Below are positions 41,872 to 50,733 of a DNA stretch of 64,000 bases, piece after piece (positions within the stretch are counted from its first letter, which is position 1; each line of letters starts with the position of its first letter). Source of the DNA: Candidatus Atabeyarchaeum deiterrae. GTDB taxonomy: Archaea > Asgardarchaeota > Atabeyarchaeia > Atabeyarchaeales > Atabeyarchaeaceae. The notes beneath the pieces are model-generated. The model had not been told where the DNA came from. It saw only the letters and a list, made by a program, of their open reading frames with translations, and did no database searches. Position numbers and translations under genes: made by a program. The stretch spans positions 2,464,001 through 2,528,000 of the forward strand of contig CP147780.1 of assembly GCA_037310415.1 (NCBI GenBank). The letters run 5' to 3'.

Positions 41872-42690
41872 ATGCTCGGTTTCATGGTCTTAGTCGATGA
41901 AGTGTTCAACCGCGAACGACTCATGATCAGCTATCAAAATGCAGAGAAGAAATACCCAAAGGAAGCCACGAAACTCATAGAAAGAATCTGGCTTGAGAAA
42001 AAAGCCTCTGGAATCAGGTTGTTTGACGGAAAGCTTTTCGAAGTCATATCCTACAAGACGAGAGATCAAATACTATCCCTTGAGTTGCAGAATACGTCGT
42101 ACAAGTACCTCGTTGGAACCAGGGAAGCGGAGTTTGTGTCCAAGTTTGGTTCGGAGATGATATCCAACTCACTATCTGTCGGCGCGGTAGTTGTATCATC
42201 TGATGACTGTTTTGTTCTGGGCAAAAGGCGCAGCGACCTTTACTTCAATCCCGGAAAGTATAGCACAATTGCTGGAACAATGGACCCAGAAAAAGACTTC
42301 AAGGGTGGCAACCCAGATCCTTTCGAAGCTATTCTGAGAGAGCTATTTGAAGAGAAGGGTGTTGAAGAAAGCAATGTTCGGGATGCTCTTTGTTTGGGAC
42401 TAATCTATAACATCGAATACAAGCAGACATACATGCCGTTTTATATCAAGCTCGGCATATCTTGCGGTGCTCTTCAGAATAGCTCGCCGCGTGAGGAGGA
42501 GTTTGAGAGGTTCATATATGTTAAAGCTGATGGCAATGGAGTGTCCGATTTCCTCGCGAAGAATCTAGAGCAAGTATCTCAGACCTGCCAAGGAAATATA
42601 CTGATGTTCGGCAAAAGAATGTTTGGAATACCTTGGTTCAAGGATATTCTGAGCAGACTCAAAGTAGAACCAGAGTTCATCAGTTCTTAA
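41872..42690 (+). CDS. NUDIX-fold hydrolase (NUDT22-like)
   Basis: LFDG, SYKY, LSVGAVVVSSD..FVLGKR, and the partial Nudix box AILRELFEEKG. Confidence 0.7.
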   Translation: MLGFMVLVDEVFNRERLMISYQNAEKKYPKEATKLIERIWLEKKASGIRLFDGKLFEVISYKTRDQILSLELQNTSYKYLVGTREAEFVSKFGSEMISNSLSVGAVVVSSDDCFVLGKRRSDLYFNPGKYSTIAGTMDPEKDFKGGNPDPFEAILRELFEEKGVEESNVRDALCLGLIYNIEYKQTYMPFYIKLGISCGALQNSSPREEEFERFIYVKADGNGVSDFLAKNLEQVSQTCQGNILMFGKRMFGIPWFKDILSRLKVEPEFISS

Positions 42691-44239
42691 TGGCGCCCCC
42701 CGCTTCCTGAAACGTAATCTTCCCACTGATTAGCTTTCTGATTGTCGATGGCAACTCCTCCGCAGATGCTCGCACTTGTTTTGCGCTGTCTCTGTCTCTG
42801 ATGGTTACAGTGTTGTCTTCCAAGGTAGTATAGTCGACTGTAACAGCGAATGGAATACCGATCTCATCTGCCCTCGCATAGATCTTGCCCACAGATCCTT
42901 TCTCGTCGTACGTTACATCAAGACCATCTATCTTTAGCGCTCTGTAGATTTCTTTCGCCTTCTCAGGCAGCTTGTCTTTTCTCATTAGAGGGACTACTAT
43001 TGTGTGTATCGGGGCAATCTTCAGCGGGAACTGGAACCATGTCCAGTCACGGTCTCCTTCTCTAAAGCAATGCTCCAACACGCAGTAGGTTATCCGCTCG
43101 ACCCCGATTGAAGGCTCGATCACATGTGGAATTATCCGGTCCTTTTCATCAGGCAACATGACAGATAGGTCTTCTCCACTCGTCTTCCCGTGGCTCTTCA
43201 AGTCATAGTCGGTTCTATACGCGTTTCCAATGATCTCCTTCCATCCCATGCTGAGTTCAACTTCTGCGTCGATGTTTCCGCCAGAGTAGTGTGGAGTTTC
43301 CTCAGGCATCATATACCTAAATCTGAGCCTTTCGAAGGGGATCCCAAGCGTAGTGAAAAGCAGTGTCTCTTTCACAATGAAATAGGCAATATATTGGTTA
43401 GGCACGAGTTTTCTGTTGACCGCTTCTTGCGCTGTGACTTCGACAACTTCTCCATCCCCACCGGGTTCCTTGTTTTGTTTTTGTGCTTCCCTCGGGAGAA
43501 TTCTAATATGGATATTTTTCACTTCGTCGAATCTCGGGTGATTGTTAAGTTGTCTTTGGTCCACAAACATCTCGATCTCCATCTGTGTGAATTCGCGGAC
43601 CCTTATGACTCCTTGTCTCGGAGATATTTCGTTTCTAAAGACTCTACCTACTTGGGCAATCCCAAAAGGCAGTGTTCCTCTCATCGTGGGGAAGACCCGT
43701 TTGAATGCCGTGAAAATGTTCTGTGCGGTTTCTGGGCGTAAGAATCCTTGGTTAGCTTCTGCACCTATGCCAACCCCAAACATCAGTTGGAAAGGCTTGA
43801 CATCAGAAAGGTCTCCTCCACACTTGGGGCATTTTACCTTCTCTTTTCGAATGATTTCAGTCATCGCGTCAAACGGGACTCCCTCAACGTTCCGTCCAGT
43901 GACCTCTTCTATCAAGTGGTCTGCTCGGAAAACTTTCTTGCATTTCGTGCATTCAACTTTCGGATCGGTGAAGTGGTCAACATGTCCAGAAGCCTTCAGC
44001 ACATTATATGGAAGAATAGTTGAGCCCTCAATCTCATGGACATTGTCTTCAGATTTGACGAAAATCTCTCTCCAAGCATCAATTACTTTTCTTCTAAGAA
44101 GAGAACCGACTGGCCCCCAATCGTAGAACCCGGCCACGCCGCCATAGATCTCTGCAGTAGGGAAGAATATGGCTCTGCGTGCAGCGACATCGTTTATCTT
44201 TTCAGTAAGTGTCCTCTCTTTCTTGCTATCTGGAGTCAA
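42680..44239 (-). CDS. glyS: Glycine--tRNA ligase (homodimeric archaeal/eukaryotic type)
   Basis: IYGGVAGFYDWGPVG, LRPETAQ, FRNEISPRQG..RVREFTQME, IEPSIGVER, anticodon domain YARADEIG. Likely TTG start at 44239 after GGAGGT. Confidence 0.96.
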   Translation of the reverse strand: MTPDSKKERTLTEKINDVAARRAIFFPTAEIYGGVAGFYDWGPVGSLLRRKVIDAWREIFVKSEDNVHEIEGSTILPYNVLKASGHVDHFTDPKVECTKCKKVFRADHLIEEVTGRNVEGVPFDAMTEIIRKEKVKCPKCGGDLSDVKPFQLMFGVGIGAEANQGFLRPETAQNIFTAFKRVFPTMRGTLPFGIAQVGRVFRNEISPRQGVIRVREFTQMEIEMFVDQRQLNNHPRFDEVKNIHIRILPREAQKQNKEPGGDGEVVEVTAQEAVNRKLVPNQYIAYFIVKETLLFTTLGIPFERLRFRYMMPEETPHYSGGNIDAEVELSMGWKEIIGNAYRTDYDLKSHGKTSGEDLSVMLPDEKDRIIPHVIEPSIGVERITYCVLEHCFREGDRDWTWFQFPLKIAPIHTIVVPLMRKDKLPEKAKEIYRALKIDGLDVTYDEKGSVGKIYARADEIGIPFAVTVDYTTLEDNTVTIRDRDSAKQVRASAEELPSTIRKLISGKITFQEAGGAIKN

Positions 44240-44442
44240 TATGGAATCAACCTCCACAAGACCTCTCCGCGAAAGTGGTTTGCTTGATCTGCAGGCAATG
44301 TCTGAGTCCTGACGTATCGAATGACAATCCAATAGTCCCCAATTAGATGCTGGTTCTCAAGTTGATATGTTGGCAATATATTTTAATCTATTCTCTGCAT
44401 CAAGTGACGACGACCACATGATCAACGGAGGGTTATGCTAAA

Positions 44443-44787
44443 TTGAAAGTTTGGCTAGATGGAAGCTCAAAGGGTAACCCAGGTCCCGCGAAAGCGAGTG
44501 TCGTATTCGAAGACGGGGAGAAGATTAGCAAGGAACTTGGTGTAACGACCAACAATAGGGCCGAGTACAGTGCGCTCATACTTTGTTTGAAGATGGCCGC
44601 TAAGAAGGGTGTTAATGATCTGACAATCTTGACTGACAGCCAATTAATAGATGGTCATATCAACAAGGGGTGGAAAGTCAACGAGAACGGCGACTTGGTC
44701 AGTGAAGCCAAATCATTATTGAAGAAATTCAAACGTCCCAAGATCATTTGGATTAGAAGAGAAGAGAACAAGGCACATATTGATTGA
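44443..44787 (+). CDS. rnhA: Ribonuclease HI (archaeal type)
   Basis: DGSSKGNPGPA, TNNRAEYSAL, TDSQL, WIRREEN. Confidence 0.9.
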   Translation: MKVWLDGSSKGNPGPAKASVVFEDGEKISKELGVTTNNRAEYSALILCLKMAAKKGVNDLTILTDSQLIDGHINKGWKVNENGDLVSEAKSLLKKFKRPKIIWIRREENKAHID

Positions 44788-44802
44788 AATTAGTGTTCGA
44801 AG

Positions 44803-45420
44803 CTAATCGACGAGTATGAGCGCATAGTTCGTCCAGTTCTCGTATATGCCAGTCTTTACATTTACGCGCCACCCTGTGTTCTTCACAGTCGAAAACATGT
44901 CAATTCCGAGGCTTTCTGGCGATGGTCGTGCTTCCGCCGGGTGTCTACATCTATCTCCTTGTCTAACACATTCTTCGCATCGAGTGCATATTCCCGGTTC
45001 CATTGAGAATGTCTTGTAATAACCTCTCAACATCAGTTCATTCTCGATCTTCAATGTAATATCGTTTACCTCGCTTTGCCGCTTGTTGAACTCCTTCATG
45101 AATCCCTCTGCGCCAACTTTTTCGGGAATTGGCGGCTGCTCGAACCGTACCAGCAGGATATTCCTGTATTCTGAGAGCATCCTCCTAACTTGCTCGATTG
45201 ACGGCGTGAATGGTGGGCACGTAAGTCTTCTACCATATTCAGGACACCCGTATTGGCATTTGAATCTCACCCACTCGCTCACGACGACTTCGCTTGGGTT
45301 TATTCGCTTGGCATCTGAAGCGCCGAGCTTCAAAGCAACATCAATGATAAGGTCATCATGTCTTGTGAAGTTCTGGCTATTCTTTCTGGTACTTCGGTGC
45401 TTCTGGGAACGCATATTCAC
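44803..45420 (-). CDS. DUF2284-family Cys-rich metal-binding protein
   Basis: WVRFKCQYGCPEYG..LTCPP, C..CEEC, CRHP..ARPSPESLGID. Confidence 0.85.
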   Translation of the reverse strand: MNMRSQKHRSTRKNSQNFTRHDDLIIDVALKLGASDAKRINPSEVVVSEWVRFKCQYGCPEYGRRLTCPPFTPSIEQVRRMLSEYRNILLVRFEQPPIPEKVGAEGFMKEFNKRQSEVNDITLKIENELMLRGYYKTFSMEPGICTRCEECVRQGDRCRHPAEARPSPESLGIDMFSTVKNTGWRVNVKTGIYENWTNYALILVD

Positions 45421-45482
45421 GGCAGCTCCTTGAACAGGGAATTGAGATTCAAACGCTGGAAGAAGTATCTTATCGGTTCTGG

Positions 45483-46424
45483 CTAGGCTTTCTCGAGCAC
45501 GCTTTGTTGTAACCCGATGTCCTTTGGCTTTACGCCTTTGTTACGGAGGTTTGCAGCTTTTGCCTTTCCTTCAGGGTGCCCAAGCCCAGCGGCAACATCG
45601 TAGCAGTACAGTGCGTTGCTCTCTTTCTTCTGATCAGCAAATATGTCTCCAGTCAGTATCCACGTTGAGGAGGTATTGAATCTGACCACGGCTTTACGGC
45701 ATGTTTCAATTGCCTCTTTGTATTTTCTTGCCACTGCATGTGATAGTGCTAGGTCTTCCCATCTTCCGACATCATCTTGGTCAAGTTCAAGTAGCTTGGC
45801 TTTAGTCTTGATTGCTTTCTCGTGTTCTCCGATCGTAGTGTACATGATGGACAGTTTCTGCAGAATCGGCTCGGAATCAGGCTTAAGCCGAAGAGCTTTT
45901 TCCAAGGCTATGATAGCATTGTTCGGTTGACCCAGCTTCTCGCAAAAGAATGAGTAGCTGTACAGAAGATTGGGGTCATTAGGGGTCAGACCAAGTGCCT
46001 TTGCGTAGTATAGGTTAGCATCTTGAATCCTTCCAGATTTCTCGTAGGCACGAGCTGCCTTCCCCACTATTGACCGATCTTCAGGAGACTTCTGCTGCAA
46101 AGCAGTATAGGTTTCCACTTCCTTCTCAAAGTTAGCCGCTTTTGAATATGCGTCAGCGAGACCATTCAAGATGAGAATCTCTTGTTTCTTATCAGGAGAC
46201 ATAAGCAGAGCCTTGTCATAGCACTTGAGAGCTTCGTCGTGCTCACCCTTGCCACTGTAGGCATTTCCTAGGTTAATCAATGTCACAACATCTGTATTAC
46301 CTGACCTGATCTCTGCTTCATACTTCTCAATCACAGCAGCATAATCTTCATCGCCGCCTTTGCCTTCCCCACCACCCTTTGGGGACCTTCCTTCGTGAGG
46401 ACGAGCCTTTTCGACTGGATCCAA
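45483..46424 (-). CDS. Tetratricopeptide repeat protein
   Basis: Repeated LG.AY...G..DEA..CY.KAL...P pattern, about 6-7 TPRs. Confidence 0.9.
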   Translation of the reverse strand: MDPVEKARPHEGRSPKGGGEGKGGDEDYAAVIEKYEAEIRSGNTDVVTLINLGNAYSGKGEHDEALKCYDKALLMSPDKKQEILILNGLADAYSKAANFEKEVETYTALQQKSPEDRSIVGKAARAYEKSGRIQDANLYYAKALGLTPNDPNLLYSYSFFCEKLGQPNNAIIALEKALRLKPDSEPILQKLSIMYTTIGEHEKAIKTKAKLLELDQDDVGRWEDLALSHAVARKYKEAIETCRKAVVRFNTSSTWILTGDIFADQKKESNALYCYDVAAGLGHPEGKAKAANLRNKGVKPKDIGLQQSVLEKA

Positions 46425-46553
46425 GCCGCTTCTCCCCTTCTACAACTTGCAGGTATTCACTCTGCTTAGTGTCAACAAATTCAGTTTGCAGCAGTCTGTT
46501 AGAGTGTGGCTATTATTATATAAAAAGAGGTAGATGAGTGTTGTGTTTTGCAC

Positions 46554-47432
46554 TCATGCGCCTTTGGCGATTCCACGGAATCCAAATGCGAGCGACAGGA
46601 ACGCAAACATCGTTAGGATAGGAATCGTTATCATCTTGAGAAATACGCCGACCCCGAACAATATCAGTGGTACAAGCAATGATGAGATGTCTGGAATGCC
46701 GCCGCCACCGCCGCCCAGCCCACTGATCAAGGTTGTTATGGCTCCTTGAAGGAGTGGGACAGCTATGAACAGTGCGACCATGGAGATTAGATTCATGATT
46801 GAGACCGTTAGAATGAGCCTTCCTCCGCGTGCTATTTTTCCATAGGTGTTGTTGATTTTGTTTAGTGTTTTCCGCGTGAAGAGTCCAAAGATGAAGAATG
46901 CGATCCCTTGAATCAGGAAGATTGTTACGAAACCGAAAAGCCCCAAGACGATGCTTCCGAATATGATTATGTTCATCGGCGATCCTGCTATAGCCATCTG
47001 GTCGAATGACAACATTATCGGGGGCAATAGGAAGAAGCGAACGTACAATGCAATTCCTGCGAAGAAGAAAGCTCCGAGTGCAGCCATGAACGCGCTTCCG
47101 CCAGATTCCTTGATTTTCATCCACAAAAGAATGAGTGCAATGCCCATGAAAATGAATGCCATGATGTCCAAATAGAATGTGAAACTTACGCTAGACGTAG
47201 AGGCACTCACGATGCCTAAGGCTTGACCGATGAGGTTGAATGGATCACTGAATCCGATTGTCTGAAATAGCCCAACGATGCTGTATATTGAGGATAATAT
47301 AAGGTAGACTGTGAGGGCGTTGACTATGAAGAGTACCAAACCTGCTGCTGCCCCAAAAGCGCCTGCGAGTCCTGCTCTTGTTCCAGCTCCGCCAACTGAC
47401 ACTACCTTAACATCTTTACCTGCTTTGGCCAT
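46554..47432 (-). CDS. Polytopic membrane protein of unknown function
   Basis: About 6-7 hydrophobic segments; strong SD GGAGGT/AAGGTG upstream. Confidence 0.75.
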   Translation of the reverse strand: MAKAGKDVKVVSVGGAGTRAGLAGAFGAAAGLVLFIVNALTVYLILSSIYSIVGLFQTIGFSDPFNLIGQALGIVSASTSSVSFTFYLDIMAFIFMGIALILLWMKIKESGGSAFMAALGAFFFAGIALYVRFFLLPPIMLSFDQMAIAGSPMNIIIFGSIVLGLFGFVTIFLIQGIAFFIFGLFTRKTLNKINNTYGKIARGGRLILTVSIMNLISMVALFIAVPLLQGAITTLISGLGGGGGGIPDISSLLVPLILFGVGVFLKMITIPILTMFAFLSLAFGFRGIAKGA

Positions 47433-47459
47433 TCTTGATTCACCTTACCTCCCTTGAGA

Positions 47460-48266
47460 TCACTTTCTCCGAGGACGTATCACCACAGCGAAGAGCACTG
47501 AGAGTCCAAAGAGGATACCCGCCGCTTCGAGCCAAAGAACTATGTCGCCACCGATGTTCCATGAGAAACTAAAGATGTTTGTGCTGTTCATGACCACTGG
47601 GAAACTGATAATGGACACACCTGGTAGAAATGAACCGATTCCCAACGCAGTGGCATTGATGGATAGTGCTTCCGCCATCAGTACATGCGTTTGAGTGTCA
47701 TAGTACTTCGTTACACCAATCGTTCCAATCATTGGAATTGGAATACTCAGATTGCCCGTATTCTTGACACAACTTCGGCCTCCAATTGAGAATGGTGAAG
47801 GCTGCATGCCAGCTATACTCTCAACCCACAATGTAGTATTGTGTCCATTCTGTTCCTGCATGAAGAGATCGAAATAGTGCGTCTGGATTACTTGGCTTAT
47901 GCTGAGGTCGATCCATTCGTACCCCCCCGGGGTTGAGGTATAGAGAGCCGAGGCACTCATGTTTGCCATGGTAATATTCAGTAGAGCGAGAAAAGCGAAT
48001 GAACCAGTTACGTATGCCGTAGTATCATTTGACTGTGGACCTACTTCCCAGTTGAACTCAACCATCACCAAGATCTTTATGTATGTTGGCTCACCAGGGT
48101 TTCCAAATTGTAGGTTGATTCCGCCTTGATACTTGGCGTATTTGCCGGAGCTGTTAGGAGGCTGCATCCATGAAGGAGCCCATCCACTTGCAGGTGCCAT
48201 AGCACTGAACCCAAGCAACGTTGCGATGAGAAGGATTCCCACGAATTTGTACTTGTTGCTGCCCAA
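47460..48266 (-). CDS. Exported protein with signal peptide and C-terminal membrane anchor (probable surface glycoprotein)
   Basis: N-terminal KYKF plus hydrophobic stretch and ASG cleavage-like site. Many N-x-S/T sequons (NSS, NDT, NIT, NMS, NTT, NLS, NAT, NST). C-terminal TM plus RPRRK. Confidence 0.75.
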   Translation of the reverse strand: MGSNKYKFVGILLIATLLGFSAMAPASGWAPSWMQPPNSSGKYAKYQGGINLQFGNPGEPTYIKILVMVEFNWEVGPQSNDTTAYVTGSFAFLALLNITMANMSASALYTSTPGGYEWIDLSISQVIQTHYFDLFMQEQNGHNTTLWVESIAGMQPSPFSIGGRSCVKNTGNLSIPIPMIGTIGVTKYYDTQTHVLMAEALSINATALGIGSFLPGVSIISFPVVMNSTNIFSFSWNIGGDIVLWLEAAGILFGLSVLFAVVIRPRRK

Positions 48267-48399
48267 TTGACTTCTCTCACACCTTTTTTGATCTGATCTT
48301 CTACGCTAAGATTTATCCGTAGTCGGCAAATTTAAATGTTCTTTATAAAGAGAATACTGGAGCCAAGGTCGTTGCGAGGTCGGCAAAATGAGAGACGGG

Positions 48400-48425
48400 C
48401 GGCTACGCCATATTGGCGTAGACCG
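48400..48425 (-). terminator. Short hairpin immediately 3' of the V4R gene
   Basis: CTACGCCA-TAT-TGGCGTAG is a perfect 8-bp stem (48403-48421), extendable by CGG/CCG. Confidence 0.35.
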
Positions 48426-48428
48426 TTG

Positions 48429-48968
48429 CTATTTGGTGTTCGATTCAAGTCTTCTAACGCATCTTATCTCAGTGAGGCATGACGGTGCGCCAGCTGCCTT
48501 GCATTGTATTTCTCGTCCGATCCCTTCATAACCTCGTAGCGTTAGCACCTCTAGGAATACGCCTGCTAGAGTATTGCAGTATTTCAGGTCTTTTAGCTCG
48601 GGTGATAGTGTGATTCCTCGGCACAAGGGACAATCTTTGTCCTCATAGATGATTCTCTCTCCGTCTCCGTCGTTTAGATATGTGATTTTGTCGAACTCCT
48701 TGCCAAAGTTGTACTTGTAGGCTAGGTTGAGTGTGTTTTTGAATTCCTTGAATTCGGCCGCGTGCTGGCCGACTCTATCATGGAATCTGGCGAGAAGCTT
48801 TGGAGCTAACGACCTTCCTGTCTCCATGATACCTTCATTTGTTTTCGGTATGTCACCAGCGTTCATCTGGAGAAGCAGTTCAGTGACACTTCCGTACAGT
48901 GCTTGCAGAAGTGTCAGGTTGGCTTTCTCCGCCATGAATCTCCAAGCGATCTTACCTTTCATTCCCAT
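48429..48968 (-). CDS. V4R/Bet3(TRAPP)-like domain protein
   Basis: G...A helix, CPLC, YCNTLAGVF, REIQCKAAGAPSC (V4R metal-binding signature). Confidence 0.8.
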   Translation of the reverse strand: MGMKGKIAWRFMAEKANLTLLQALYGSVTELLLQMNAGDIPKTNEGIMETGRSLAPKLLARFHDRVGQHAAEFKEFKNTLNLAYKYNFGKEFDKITYLNDGDGERIIYEDKDCPLCRGITLSPELKDLKYCNTLAGVFLEVLTLRGYEGIGREIQCKAAGAPSCLTEIRCVRRLESNTK

Positions 48969-48976
48969 GGATATAG

Positions 48977-49843
48977 TTACCCCCTGAATACTTCTTTGAT
49001 TTCCACCTTACGGGCATTCTTGTATTTGTTTGCAACCTGGAGGGCGTCAAAATACGGTACGCCAAGCCTTCTGGCGATTTCGTTCAAGCTGAGGTTTCCA
49101 TCAAATAGCTCAAGGAACCTGCGATCTTTATCTGGGCATTTCTCCAAGACTTTCGGATCGGTTAGTACCGGTACCGTGACCCGTTCCATTGACTTCCGCT
49201 GTGCAGTGACTGGTGCAACAGCAACCGTGGACTGCGGTGCCTTAGGCTTCGGCTTCGTTTCCGGCTGTGGCGGTGGCTGTATTTTGGGCTCCGGTCTAAC
49301 CTGGGGTTGAATCTTCGGCTCGGGCTGAGCTTGTGGCTGATACTGAGTCTGCCGCTGTTCTTCTTGCGGTATCTGTGGTTGAACTGTATTAGATGTTTGA
49401 ACCTCTTCGACGACAGAGGATGACTCATTGTAGCTGGAAACCGTCTCCACTGTCGGATTTCTTGAACTCTGATCAGGTCCACTCCTTGATTCATCCATAG
49501 TTATGAGTTCATCTAATAGTCTACCAAACTTGTCAGCTACCCCACTCATCTTAGTGAGAACGATCCCCACTTTCTTGTCTGTCAAGGCGATTAAGATCGC
49601 CCTGTTGGAGATTCTTGAGGCTATGATTGTCTTTACGTTGTCCAAAGCCAGTGAGAGGTTGTCTCCCAGCCCCATAATCAGCATGCTATCGTAGAAGGGG
49701 GAGATTCTACTCATGGCAGGCCTGCTCAAGTCAGAATACAACACCTTGCCTGTGTTTGATATGAGAGCCATCTCAAGTACCGACGGGATTCCCAGGGTTG
49801 TTAGTTCCTTTCTTATGGCCTCAGACAGACTTGGTATGCTCAG
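48977..49843 (-). CDS. Roadblock/longin-like N-domain, Pro/Gln linker and NPRL2-like winged-helix domain
   Basis: N-domain ALISNTGKVLYS...ILIALTD..VGIVL. C-domain VPVLTD...FLELFDGNLSLNEIARRLGV. The frame is open upstream of ATG 49771 to a CTG at 49843 preceded by GGAGGG. Confidence 0.65.
   Translation of the reverse strand: MSIPSLSEAIRKELTTLGIPSVLEMALISNTGKVLYSDLSRPAMSRISPFYDSMLIMGLGDNLSLALDNVKTIIASRISNRAILIALTDKKVGIVLTKMSGVADKFGRLLDELITMDESRSGPDQSSRNPTVETVSSYNESSSVVEEVQTSNTVQPQIPQEEQRQTQYQPQAQPEPKIQPQVRPEPKIQPPPQPETKPKPKAPQSTVAVAPVTAQRKSMERVTVPVLTDPKVLEKCPDKDRRFLELFDGNLSLNEIARRLGVPYFDALQVANKYKNARKVEIKEVFRG
49250..49339 (-). repeat. Three degenerate 30-bp (10-aa) Pro/Gln repeats in the linker
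   Basis: QPQAQPEPKI / QPQVRPEPKI / QPPPQPETKP. Confidence 0.75.
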
Positions 49844-50053
49844 GTGGCGACCCTCCGCTTGGTCATTGTCGATCCTGCTCGATGAATCAACTAAATCGTT
49901 TCGTCCTTATTGCCTTTTCTATATACGCAATGATAGTTGGTCTCCCCTTGCGACATTCTGAATTGACGAGGTGATATCTATCGCGTCGTTGTTAGGTTTT
50001 TGGTCTTGATTCTTCATGATTATCCCCGTTATCCTTAAATTCCTGTTGAAATA

Positions 50054-50067
50054 TATCGTATTAGATA
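50054..50067. promoter_or_regulatory. Putative PadR operator (autoregulatory site)
   Basis: TATCG-TATT-AGATA near-palindrome between a TTAAAT box and the padR start; the same motif recurs twice before the ABC genes. Confidence 0.7.
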
Positions 50068-50094
50068 CAGGGTTGCGCGGAGAGTGGACTGACG

Positions 50095-50658
50095 TTGGTA
50101 AGAGAGCCACATGCGGTTCCAAGAGGGTTGCTCAGATTCTATATTCTGAGGCTACTTGTGAACAAACCCATGAAAGGATATGAAGTAATCACTGATATCG
50201 AGAGCAGGACAGAAGGGATCTGGAAACCAGGACCAGGTTCGATTTATCCCATGCTCGAGTCACTTAAGAACGAGGGCTTAATAAAACCAGCTTCCGCTTC
50301 AAAGGGCAAAAAGACCCAGACGAGAGGAACGACGCTTCAGATTACAGAGAAGGGAAAGGAGTCACTTGCCGAGTTTAGACAGAATGTGACACACGGTATT
50401 ACTGCAAGATCAAGAAATCTCTTCAAGATTTTCATGGATTTGGCATACCCAGGCTTGGGGTTTGATGAGGTAGTTCTTGCTCAGCGCAGAAGAGAAATTG
50501 ATACGCTCAAGGAAGTGTTAAGCGATGACTACTGGAATACCGTTTCAGACGAGAAAAGAAGGAAGTTTCTTGATGCTTTCTCGAAAATAACTGAAGAGGA
50601 GCTTGAGATAGTCAAGAAAGAGTTGCTGACTGTTCGGAAGAAGGAGGATAAAGTTTAA
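50095..50658 (+). CDS. PadR-family transcriptional regulator
   Basis: PRGLLRFYILRLL..KPMKGYEV...WKPGPGSIYPML..L...G...ITEKG. Confidence 0.93.
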   Translation: MVREPHAVPRGLLRFYILRLLVNKPMKGYEVITDIESRTEGIWKPGPGSIYPMLESLKNEGLIKPASASKGKKTQTRGTTLQITEKGKESLAEFRQNVTHGITARSRNLFKIFMDLAYPGLGFDEVVLAQRRREIDTLKEVLSDDYWNTVSDEKRRKFLDAFSKITEEELEIVKKELLTVRKKEDKV

Positions 50659-50659
50659 A

Positions 50660-50687
50660 TATCTTATTAGATATATCGAATACGATA
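50660..50687. promoter_or_regulatory. Tandem putative PadR operators upstream of the ABC exporter
   Basis: Two abutting perfect inverted repeats: TATCT-TATT-AGATA (50660-50673) and TATCG-AATA-CGATA (50674-50687). Confidence 0.75.
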
Positions 50688-50733
50688 ATTCTGACTACAC
50701 AAAACAAAAAAAGTTTTAGGTCGTGTACACAAA

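Noticed and set aside
46516-47124. 202-aa alternate-frame ORF, and the many other antisense or nested ORFs in the track
   Set aside because: It lies almost wholly within a better-supported gene, with biased composition and no motifs.
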